64,000 bases of DNA from Vicugna vicugna (Eukaryota), in the NCBI GenBank assembly GCA_013265495.1, contig MU058815.1, positions 814,523 through 878,522 on the forward strand, given 5' to 3'. The notes under the pieces are model-generated. The model did not search any database and had not been told where the DNA came from. It saw nothing but the letters and a program-made list of their open reading frames with translations. Shown here in pieces: positions 52,900 to 64,000 of this stretch. The position numbers and the translations under genes are program-made. The first letter of the stretch is position 1; each line of letters starts with the position of its first letter.

Positions 52900-53285
52900 T
52901 TTCTTTTCTTTTTTTTTTTTAATTGAAGTACAGTCAGTTACAACATGTCAGTTTTTGGTGTACAGCACAATGTTCCAGTCATGCATATACGTATATATTC
53001 ATTTTCATATTCTTTTTCATTAAAGGTTATTAAAAGTTATCGAATAGAGTTTCCTGTGCTATTCAAAAGAAACTTGATTTTTTAATCCTTTTTTATATAT
53101 AGCAACTAACATTTGCAAATCTCAAACTCCCAAATTTATCCCTTTCCACACTCTTTCCCCCGGTAACCGTAAGATTGTTTATTATGTTTGTGAGTCTGTT
53201 TCTGTTTTGTAGATGAGTTAATTAGTGTCCTTTTCTTTTCTTCTCTTTTTAGATTCCACATCTAAGTGATATAATATAGTATTAT
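52900..53285 (-). mobile_element. Young L1 3' end
   Basis: polyT then aattgaagtacagtcagttacaa...tttagattccaca. Confidence 0.88.
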
Positions 53286-54430
53286 AAATACATTACTTTA
53301 ATGATTAGAGAAAACAAAATAAAAAATTTAAGTAATAGGATGTTGCATGGAATTTCCTTTGGAACTGCCAAATGACCCATTAGAGCCCATGGCTGAAACA
53401 AGTAGGTTCTAAGCAATCCATATTCTAAAGAGACATCAGTGTGGGAAAGGGCCCCACAGCTTACAAGTGGTCATAGGAATCCTCCCCGCTCCCCTCTATG
53501 AGTCAAAAACTTCCCACCACACCTCTCTCTTCAGCCTATGCCCAGAGATGACTGATTGAACGGAGATCAGGGATCGGTTGGACGGGTAAGAGTGAGAACT
53601 CTCAGAAGTTCAGGGTTATTTTCTGATCTTACAATAGACTTTGCAGCTGTATGTAGCTATGTGGACAGCACGTCTTTTCCCGCTCTTTCACTTTGAACCC
53701 ATTTGTAGATTGCATCTTACCAGTGTCTGTTCTAAACAGTGTATCGTTGGATCTTATCTCCTTAAACTCAATCTAAAAGTCTCTGTCTTTTGATTGAATG
53801 TTTACTCCATTCATATTTAATATTATTATTGATAAGTTTGGATGGACATCTCCTATTTTACTTTATTTTTCCATATGTATTATGTCTTTTTTGTTTTCTT
53901 GTTTTTTGTTTAACCTATTTTGTGTTGGGTGAATACTTTATGCTTTAAAATGTTATTAATTTTTAGAATAATCTAACTATATGTTTTTAACTTAAGTTCT
54001 TAGTTTTCTAACGGTTATCATATACACTTAATTTACAATCGTCTACTTCAGAGTCATACTAAATTAATTCCAGGTAGATACAGATACTTCACTCTTACAT
54101 AGCTCTTGTTGCTATGTATATTTTGTCTATATATGTTATTTTTATAATCATTACTTATCACTTTATAATTTATTAAAGCTGAGAGAAGAAAAGAGAGCAA
54201 GTGTGTACTTCCAGAGTTTGTTATATTAACTTTCTTATTTACTATTTCTGGTTCTCTTTATTTTTTCCTATGGATCTGAGCTACCTATTGCATTATTTCC
54301 TAAGTCTGATAGAGCTTTGTTCTCAGCTTCCTCCTTTTTATTGTTACTGTCAAATACATTACATTTTATGTGTTATAGGTCTAACAATACTATATGTACA
54401 TCTATGTATCACTTAAGAGAAGAAGGAAAA

Positions 54431-54655
54431 GGGTGGGAAGGGACAGACTGGGATTTCAAAACGCAGAATAGATCAACAAGATTATACTGTACAGCACAGG
54501 GAAATGTAAACAAGATCTTGTGGTAGCTCATAGTGAAAAAAAATGGGACAATGAATATATATATGTTCATATATAACTGAAAAATTGTGCTCTACACTAG
54601 AATTTGACAACGTTGTAAAATGACTATTACTCAATAAAAAAATGTTAAAAAAAGA
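54431..54655 (+). mobile_element. Young L1 3' end
   Basis: Reverse complement of the 39095-39448 family, ending ctcaataaaaaatgttaaaaaaag. Confidence 0.88.
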
Positions 54656-55108
54656 AAATAGACCAAACCAAACCCAAAGCTAGCAGAAGGAAGGAAATAA
54701 TAAAGACGAGAATGGAAATCAATGGAATATAAAACAGAAAAAAAACAGATTTTTGAAAATCCATGAAATCAGAAGCTGGTTTTCTGGAAAAAGCTGCAAA
54801 ATCAATAAACCTCAGCTAGGTTGATCAAGAAAAAGAAAAAAGACATAATTTCCAAAACCAAGAATGAAAGAACAATATCACTGCAGATGCTGCGGAAATT
54901 GAAAGGATTGGTGGGATTATTATTATGAATAACTTTACACCAACAAAACAGCTAATCGAGATGAAACAGAAAAATTCCTAGAAAAATATCAATTACCAGA
55001 ACTGATTCAGCAAGAAACAGAAAACAGATAGAAGAAGAAAAAAGGGAAAGACTGATAACTAGTCAGGAAATAGATTCAGTAATTAAAACACCTTGATTAA
55101 AAAAAAAA
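54656..55108 (+). mobile_element. Older L1 ORF2 fragment ending in ATTAAA and A10
   Basis: aaacccaaagctagcagaaggaaggaaataataaag...aaattcctagaaaaa. Confidence 0.8.
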
Positions 55109-57009
55109 GGAAGAAAGAAAGAAAAAGAAACACGCCATTATATTGCCGTTTATAATTACATACAGAAATATTTTCACCAATGTTCTTCGTTTATTTTCCC
55201 CTGTGGGTTCAAATTACTGTCTGGTTTCTCCTGCTTTCCGCCTGAAGAATTTCCTTTGGTGTTTTGTATAAAGCAAATTAGCTAGTAACAAGTTTCTTCG
55301 GTTTTTGTTTATCTTGGCAATGACTATTTCGGCTTCATTTTTGAAAAATAATCTTAAGTGACAGAGGATTCTTGGGTTTTTTTTTTCTTTTAGTTCCTCA
55401 AATGTGCTATTCCGTTGCCGCCTTCTCTTCAGTGGTTTTGATAAGAAGTTAACTGTTAACCGTGCATTTTCCTTGTACAGATGAGTCGTTTTTCTCTCAG
55501 TGCTCTCGAGATATTTCTACTTGTGTTTCTTTTTCAGCATATTGAGGATGTTGCACCTGAGTGTAGATTTCAATCCTCCAAGCCTACCTCGGGACAGCGC
55601 TATTTTCAGTCATGGCTACTATTCCAGGCAGGGCTTTTAGGTCCAGGGAGTGGCTCCTTTGCTCTCTTGATCTTGTTTCTATTTCAGATTGGTTGGGTTT
55701 TAAAAAAAATCTCTATTAATCCTAATTCTAGGAACTACATCTGTTAAGTCACTCAACTTTCCTCACCTGCAAAAATAAAAATAATTGATGCTTCTTCAAC
55801 TTATCTGTAAATTTTAGGGACATTAGAGGGTTAATTGCCAGCACGCAAAGCAATTTTAATATGCTTTCATATGACTGGGAGTGGGATAAACAACTTGAAT
55901 ATACTTTACGTTTTCTCTTTCCAGATTTGAACTTCGGAAGAATTTTACAGGTGTTGTAAAACTCTGCCCTTTTTATCATCGTTGATTCTAGGGATGTTTT
56001 CCCAAATGTTACAATTAGAGATTCCGATCTGCCTTTAGGAAATGACGTGAAACCGCTTCCAGTTGAGGCAATTTGCACCTGAAGCTGTAATTCAGGATTT
56101 GGCGTATGAAAATTTCAGATGATCCTAGGATGTTCCCCCTGCTATCTTAACTGAAATAACGTTAGCTTGTTTAAAGTGCTAAGTGGCATAGTTTTGAGAA
56201 AAAGGTCATTGTGGGCAACCCCCAAAAGCAATCACTTTCTTTAACGTGGGGAAACAATACATTCTCGACAGCAGCCCCCAACGTTTTAGCCAGTATCACA
56301 GAGTGCCCCGTCGCTGTCTACCTGAAAGTAGCTTTTGTGCCTTAGGACACCTGTGTTAGAGTTTATGCATTGCTCACCCAAGTGAAATACTCAAAGAAAG
56401 TACCAATGTTAATTCCTTAAAAAATTAACATATTACGGCCAGCCTATGAAATACTACGATGTCAAGTGTAACATGAATGGTTGCAACTCTAGTGAAGAGT
56501 TGCATTTAGCAATTTAGCAGTACATTTGAAGACAACTCTTTTAATGTGTGATTGGGTTTTTAACACATTGCAGTCACAGTGAGGCTACGAATAAAAGAAC
56601 AATAAAGTTTGCACAACAGAATCACCAAGATCTGGATGTATACTTCGTTGGATATGAAACCACTTATTCATGTAAGGGACAGTAAATGAGGTAAGTCTGT
56701 GCTCCAATTACTCAACATGCGATGGTACACAGGAATCACTGTGTCTAGTTGCATCAATGTAAGGTATTTAAAAAATTACTTTTTATTGCCCCTTCATTCC
56801 ATCTCAGATGATTTAAGATTTTATGCTAGATCGTTAGTGATTAGTTTTATAGATGTAAAATCAATGCATTGGAATATGTAAACATAAGTAATTTCATCTA
56901 CATATCTATTGACTTTTTCCCAAAAGCTTTTATTTTATAAAAAGAGAATTTGGCAACTTCTGTCAATTGTATTTCATTAAATTTTCATAATATAATATTA
57001 TAATAATAA

Positions 57010-57012
<3 letters not shown>

Positions 57013-57043
<31 letters not shown>
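57013..57043 (+). repeat. (TTA)n microsatellite
   Basis: Directly visible. Confidence 0.95.
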
Positions 57044-57044
<1 letters not shown>

Positions 57045-57109
57045 CTCAACCATTTCTTGAAAACCCATCAAATTCCAGGTACACAACACAGAACCTGGAA
57101 GGCTGATTT

Positions 57110-57430
57110 TTTTCAGGCATTGCGCGAAGTACTTTCCATGTATTAATTTATGTGGTCCTCATGTTATTATTACCATCACATAAATAAGAAAACTGAGACA
57201 CAGAGAAGCTGAGCAAGTTATGCAACGTCATGTAGTAGAACCTGCACGCAAACAAGGCTAACCAAGATCTAACTCCAGTTCAGCCCTGCTGATCCTGAAG
57301 TCACATGGACTTGAATTTGACTACTTGCTCTGCTCTGAGGTCTGTAAACTCAGGCGAGACACTTAGGTGCCCCAAACTTCACTTCACTCATTGGCAACAT
57401 GGGAGTTAATAACCACAGTTGTGAGAACAA
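57110..57430. mobile_element. Two MIR remnants in opposite orientation
   Basis: aagaaaactgagacacagagaag and cttcacttcactcattggcaacatggga. Confidence 0.6.
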
Positions 57431-59699
57431 CATCCCTCCGGTAACGCTGCTGTTACTACAGAGAGGGTCTTGATCCCATTCTCCAGCATATTGTTAGCGG
57501 TCAACATATGCTTCTCAGTAGCCTGAAATTTCTTATCTTTCCAAAGTTCTCATGCTGATATTTTGTCAGTAGTTCTCAGTCTTGCAGAAGCCATATCACC
57601 TTTACAGGGAATATCAAGTTCTTTGATTTTGAAGACAGCATTTATGACAAGGACACGACCAAGTTAATCACAGTTGTAAAGGAACAGAGGAGTGAATAAG
57701 AAATAATCCCTTCAAACACACATATTGATTGTAAAACACACCTCAGTTTCAAGAAAGACATATATTTATTGACTTTTTCAAGACGTATGCATTACTTACA
57801 TAAATGAGGATGTTATGTTATTTCCAATGGTTATAACCTTATTTTTCTCCGGTCTCATTTTACTATATTAAATCAGTATTAAGTAATCACAGTATTGGCA
57901 AATGATCTGGCATTCTAAAGTCTTGTAAAAATGCATGATGCTCAGTATTTAATGCACTTGTCCTTTTCAACATCAGAATAAATACAGCAAAAGCACATTG
58001 TAATGATGAAAATTCCACTGCAAAATTCCATTGAAATAAATAATTTCAATATTCTAAACATAATCTATTGCATACAATGCCATAAAAGTCAAAAGTATTC
58101 TGTGTATATGTCAGAACTCTTTGAAGGCAAGAGAAACAAAATTCAAGTGAGTTTATGGGAAACAAATGGAATTTATATTTACTTAATTTAGATGTTCAAG
58201 AGTGATACATTCAGCTTCAGAAACATTAAAATCCAAGGGTGTAAACTTAGTAACCAGGTTCCTTCTCCTTTTTTAAAAAATTCTATTCTTTTTATATGAA
58301 GACTTTTAAAATTTTTTAAATATTCTTTTAATTTTAATTTTTATTTGATTTGGTCTCCGAATGGCCTCTGGCAATTCTAGGCCACAGCCATTGGTAGTAA
58401 ACATTTTGGTCTATCTCCTATTTTATGTTTACATAAACATTCTATATTTTTGGAAACGTTCTATTAGAGTTCTCTGTATTTTTTTAGAACTCCATTTTAC
58501 AAGAGTTAACTCTTAGTATTTTGATTTGAGAGCTAATTACTTAACAAGAGTGTAAGCATATCTGCTTTATTATTTGTTCAGGCAAGTTTTTGAAGTATCT
58601 ACAGAAAGTATTAGAGAAGGTGTGCAAGATTTAAACTGTGAAAAATTGGCCTGCAACTGGAAACTAATCCATTCAATAAAGAAGTCCAGCCACTGTAGAA
58701 CTCAATGCATCTGCATAAACGAAAATCAATTGAATTGTTTTTGACAGACTTGCTCTACTGACTTCATTTCAAAACTCAATTACACATAGTGTTCCAGACT
58801 AAGATAATTACAGTGACCAGCAGAACCGGAGTTTTAATTTTGCAAAGGTCTTGCATTGTTTTCAGTGAGTTTTCAGTGAAATGAAAACGTTTTCATTGAA
58901 TCACTTACAGTATGCATCTATAATATGCTTAGATTCTGCAAGTGCTAAGAAATCTATTCTTCCACTGATGTGAGAAGAATTTAGTTGAACAATTACCAGC
59001 ACTAATGGTTCTGCTCTTTTTCTCCATATTTGCAGCATGTTCACTTTCTGTCCAAGGCTCCGATGAGTGTTTTTGTGAATAATTGGGCATCAACATTCCA
59101 GCAGTCTGAAAAGGAAGCAGCTGAGATGCAGGCTTGCTTACGAGCTGTTTCTCCTGTTTTGGGGAAATCCATGGGAAAGAAGGCAGGTGACGCAATCTTA
59201 TTGTCTTATAAACATGCTACTTATAAACACGATACACAGTAGATTCCTTTTGTATCAGATGCATTCAGCACGATATGTAATGTTGCTTAAAATTGCTCCT
59301 GGTTTAAAAAAAGATCACAAATCTCTGGATTTCTTGGGCATAGTTCCCTGGAAAATGTGACATAAGCTATGTACTTTTCTAAGTATAAAATGGGGATGAT
59401 TTGCAACCCAGCTGGCACGTTCTGTGTAAGTGAGGTGACAACAGCCCTCTGCTGAGACCTAAGATGTTAATGTGGGCCAAATCATGGCCAGTGCAGGAGG
59501 AAAAAACCTGGGAAGCCTCACTAAAGGCCCTTGATTATCGAGGAATGTCTTTCCCTTCATTTTGAAAGTTTTGCTCGACATAGGGGTCTTGGCTGATACG
59601 TTTTTCTTTCAGCACTTTGCATATGTCTTTGCAAAGCCTTCTGCCCTTCATTACTTCTGAAGAGGAGTTCATCATTAATCTTACTGAGATTCTCTTGGT

Positions 59700-60248
59700 C
59701 AGGGGTCAGACCATCCTCAAGTTCAACAATCTGCTAAAAGACCTGAAAGAACTCATCAAAGTCGTTTTGCTCACAGTTATAATTTATTACAGTGAAAGGA
59801 CGGACTGAAATCAGCAAAGGTAAAAGGCGCATAGGTCAGAGTTCAGGAGAGTCTAGGAGCAAGCCTCCGGTTGCCCTCTCCCAATTCTCCCAGCAAGGAT
59901 GTATGGCAGCAGGAATACAGTGCTGTCAGCCAAGCCTTGGTGCTTGGAAATTTGGAGCGATCTGTTCACATTGGCCTGGAGCACCTGCACAGCTGGCCTT
60001 GGTAACTCGGTCCCCAGTGCCTCCAGGGGTAAAAATGGCGCCACCTAGCCCAAAGCCCCCAAGTAAATCACATCACGAGCACACACTGTCTGGCATGGGC
60101 CAAGGCCCCAAGCAAACAAGGACTCTCCTCAGGCAGGATATTCCAAAGGCTTAGAGCTTATCTCCCAGAAGACAGCTGAGGAGCTTCCACTGGAATATGA
60201 AGGATTTGATCAACTCAGGCCTGCTGAGTTAACATTTTATGGCGCACA
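59700..60248. mobile_element. ERVL-type solo LTR (MER68/MER21 group)
   Basis: tcacagttataatttattacagtgaaagga...cctgctgagttaac...gcaca. Confidence 0.7.
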
Positions 60249-60524
60249 TGTGTGCGTGCACACACGCGCATGCACACACACACACACCCCCATGAACACC
60301 ACTGGGTCTATTACATGCAATTATATTTACATAAATAGTCTTCTGTTCCATGGATGGCTTGGTTTTTTAAATATGTCCTATTTTGAATATACTTCCATGT
60401 CAGTTTAAATGTGTTAATAGCTACACGGTGTTTCATAGCCCTTACAGGACAGAGTATTTCTTGGGAATATTTCTGCACAGATGCACACCAGGGTAGAGTA
60501 GTTATTAACATCATAGGACTGGAT

Positions 60525-60730
60525 GTGGGATACCTGGATTCAAACCAAATCTCTACCACTTTGTAGCTGTGTTTTCAAGCAAGCTCTCAAATTCTCTGTA
60601 TCTCAGGTTTGTCTTCCATAAGCTGGAAAAAAACAATTGTATCTGCCTCGGAGGGTTAAATGAAATCACACAGATAAGTGTTTAGAACAATACTTTATCT
60701 GTGGAGAGGTACTTAATAAATTAACATAAG
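60525..60730. mobile_element. MIR remnant
   Basis: cctggattcaaacc...tctctgtatctcaggtttgtctt. Confidence 0.6.
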
Positions 60731-61829
60731 TGTGGTCTTGTTGCACATATCCTTGTATTTTGAGACTTGCATGATATCCATCAGTCAAACTTGGAGTCAT
60801 TCTGAACACATGAGTGCTCTGAATAAAGCGATATTTGCTGAAATGCAAGAGATGTTGCATGCATGGAGCGGAGGGTGGGGGGATGGGTCACTGTGATGAA
60901 ATATTAGCTCATCCCGTTTCTTTATTATCATGACCTTGATTCAACAAACATTTATTAAACAGTTACCCTTCGAGTTGTCTACAGTTGTTGGCAACATGAC
61001 ATAACTATGGCTGATTATGTAATTATCAGTGATTCTGCACTTTCTGATCCAATGCCATTCTTTTAAGCATTTCAAGCATTCTATACACTCAGTCCTTGAA
61101 TTTGGTAACTATCTAAGATCTGTTACCTTTTTAAAATTATTTGGATAAAATTATGCATATGAAAAGAGACACCACAGAATGGGTCATTAATGAATCTTGC
61201 TATGTCTGAATTCATTACACTGTAGAAAGGTCATTTTTGTTTACAAGCAATAATTTAACAAGATTTAAGAAACAAGTTTGGGTCCTGAAATCAATATCAT
61301 GAGAAAAAGCTTAGCCATGTTTCATTAACTTCAGAATTTTAAAAAAATGTCCGCTCTCATCAGGTCATGTGTGCTTAATTATTTTAATGCAAATTACGTT
61401 GAACCAAAGTTTTCTTATTCCTGAACTGGAATATTCACCTCTGAGATGAATCTAAGACCTTCTTGCTTACATAAATGTCTGCTGTGAGCATCCAGTGAGA
61501 CAGCTGTAGACATCATTAAACTTCTTCTAATCATAGAACCTCTGATTTTCAGAAAAACGTGCTGTGAGTAAGTAAATTGCAGACAATGCAGACTGTGACA
61601 GACAGCGACTTCCCACATCATTGGCATTTAGTTTCATAAAGACCAGGAAGCCTAGCGGGAACACTCATTTCTGTAATCAAGGTCAAGTCTCAGTGTGCCC
61701 ATTTTAGCTGAAGTTCCTTCATCACAGATGCCGCAACATTTCCATCATTGTCTTCAGGCCCCAGGAAAATGCACTCTACTCAGTCCTTTAAAATTACCAG
61801 ATACATAATATATATTTTACAATTAACCA

Positions 61830-62340
61830 TTTTTATAATTGAAGTACAGTTAATTTGCAACGTTGTGTTAGTTTCGGGTGTACAGCAAAGTGATTTAGGG
61901 GTGTGTGTGTGTGTATTCTTTGTCAGATTTTTTTTCCCATTCTGGGCTATTACAAGATATTGAATATCATTCCCTGTGCTACACAGTAGGTTCTTATTGC
62001 TTATCTCTTTCATACACAGGAGTGTGTGTCTGGTAATCCTATACCCCTAATTTATCCTTGCCCACCCTGCCCCCTGCTTTTCTCTTTGGTAACCATAAGT
62101 TTGTTTTCTATGTCTGTGACTCTATTTTTGTTTTGTAAATAAGTTCATTTGCATCATATTTTTAGATTCCACGTATAAGCAATATTACATAATATTTGTC
62201 TTTGTCCGGCTTACTTCACTTAATATAATCCCTAGTTCCATCCATGATGCTGCAAAAGGCATCATTTCATTCTTTTTATATATATCACATCTTCTTTATC
62301 CACTTGTCTGTTGATGGATAGTTTGCTTCCATGTCTTTTG
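61830..62340 (-). mobile_element. L1 3' end
   Basis: aattgaagtacagttaatttgcaacgttgtgttagtttc...tttggtaaccataagtttgttttctatgtctgtga; reverse complement of the 67-650 type. Confidence 0.9.
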
Positions 62341-63544
62341 CAAACTTTTGGTTAGTCTTCAGGGCTCTAAAACAAATTCACTCTGGCAATTTTTGCCAGT
62401 GTTATCATTTCTTTAACGGAGGAGTGGAATTTTGGAGCCTAACTGACATTTTTCACTGATGTCAGTCCTTCAGTATATTTAAAATTTTTTAAAGTGTTCT
62501 TTTACTTTAATATTTCCTACTTATTAAAAAAAACACTCAAAAAGAATCTAGCTGAATTAAAGTCAGAAAAATTACCTCTGATTTTTCCATAATATCTATT
62601 AATGTTTTAAATGCTAGTGTTTGTTCCTAAGGTCAAATGAGGTTTTGCTTTTTATAAAACTAACAATTTGAGATGACTCCTGCTTCATATAGAGAACTAC
62701 TTCCAAATGATAAATTATAATCATATTATTTAAGTTTAATGATAATTTTGTTTCATTTTTCGCATTTCTAATGCTTTTTATTTTTTCCTTGTGTACCACA
62801 GGGCTTGAATATAATTTTTAATATCTTTGAGTAACTTATCAGTAACTTGTACTGATATTTAGCTGAGCTATTTCATGAGTAATCATTGGGCATTTAGGTC
62901 ATTTCTAAGTAGTTTGAGTATTTTGCATAATTTTAGATTTACATACTTTTGCTCTCTAATTTATATGCTACAGAGAAGCTATATCTTTGAGACATGTTAA
63001 TAAATGTATTCATTTTCACCACGTAGAGAAGTTTTAGAAGAAATGTTTGAAGTTTTACGCTATTATGCAAAGCCCTACTATTGTCAAAATGCTGATGTAT
63101 GATGTAGAATTCACAGCTGTCTGATTTCCAGTTTCTTCTGTAAAATAGAAGTTAGTTACTTTGGTTAAAACTGATCATTAACATAAGTGGTTCAAAACTG
63201 AAATTGAGAAATTTTTTTATTTTATTTATTGATTTATTTTAAAATAGCAACAGTGAACACTTTTTATGTTAATAACATCTTAGTATTGCCAGAAAGTTAA
63301 TTCTGGTCTCACAGGGCTCCTGAAATCAGACATAAAGTGTCACTTAGTTTTGAAACATGAAAGGGCATAATGAAAGACAAAACTTGGAAAGTAAATTTAT
63401 TTGCCTTGATTTATTTGCCATAGTTTGAATAATCATGAAAGGGGTTAACATCTTGGCAAAGATGCTAAATTACGATGCACTTGTTTCCTTGGTTTAAGGT
63501 TTATTGCCTTGCCTACAATATGAACAGGACACTAGTCTCTTGCT

Positions 63545-63735
63545 TGCTACTCATGATAGCAAATTACCACCAACTGAGAGGCTTAAAGTAATGAACACCC
63601 ATTCATTTATTATCGCCCAGTTCTGTAGGTCAGAAGTCCAGGTACAGCATGGCTTATCCAGCTGTTGACTTAGATTCTTACAGGCCAAAATCAAGGTGCT
63701 GGCAGGGTTGGAGAGCCCAGGAAAGTATCAGGTGT
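63545..63735 (-). mobile_element. MaLR LTR fragment (MLT1-like)
   Basis: cagttctgtaggtcagaagtcca...aaatcaaggtgctggcaggg. Confidence 0.7.
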
Positions 63736-63759
63736 TTTCTTCCCTTTGTGTGTGTATAT

Positions 63760-64000
63760 ATATATTTATTGACGTACAGTCAGTTTACAGTGTCGTGTCA
63801 ATTTCTGGTGCATAGCCCAGTGCTTCAGTCATACATGAACATACATATACTCATCTTCATATTCTTTTTCATCATAAATTACTGTAAGATATTGAATATA
63901 GTTTCCTGTATTATATAGCATGAATTTGTTAGTTATCTATTCTATATATATTAGTATCTACAAATACAGAACTCCCAGTTTATCCCCTCACACCCCCACC
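63760..64000 (-). mobile_element. Young L1 3' end running off the window
   Basis: tttattgacgtacagtcagtttacagtgtcgtgtcaatttctggtg. Confidence 0.85.

Larger units (their letters stand above)
53680..55560 (-). mobile_element. Old L1 interrupted at ~54415-55130 by a plus-strand insertion
   Basis: tttcactttgaacccattt, tttactccattcatatttaatattattattgat, cctgaagaatttcctttg. Confidence 0.7.

Overview
Mammalian, repeat-rich, apparently intergenic or intronic DNA. It is most likely camelid: there are two Vic-1-like tRNA-derived SINEs and many young artiodactyl-type L1 3' ends. I found no intact protein-coding gene or convincing spliced exon. The only cellular-gene-derived sequence is a full-length processed KRT19 pseudogene on the minus strand (~23716-24931), with 5' UTR, polyA remnant and a candidate target-site duplication. 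The rest is L1 fragments, ERV and MaLR solo LTRs, a degraded ERV integrase fragment, MIRs, a MER58-like transposon and microsatellites. Several structures are not explained by repeats. One is an ~87-bp, ~92% identical inverted repeat enclosing 1.25 kb (14838-16256). Another is a near-perfect 451-bp tandem duplication that starts at an AT palindrome (48719-49620). The KRT19 retrocopy has a new strong-Kozak in-frame ORF, microhomology deletions and an apparent AT-to-GC substitution bias. Two L1 3' transductions are also candidates. I do not see evidence for a genuinely new biological system. Repeat family names are from memory of consensus sequences, and repeat boundaries are approximate.
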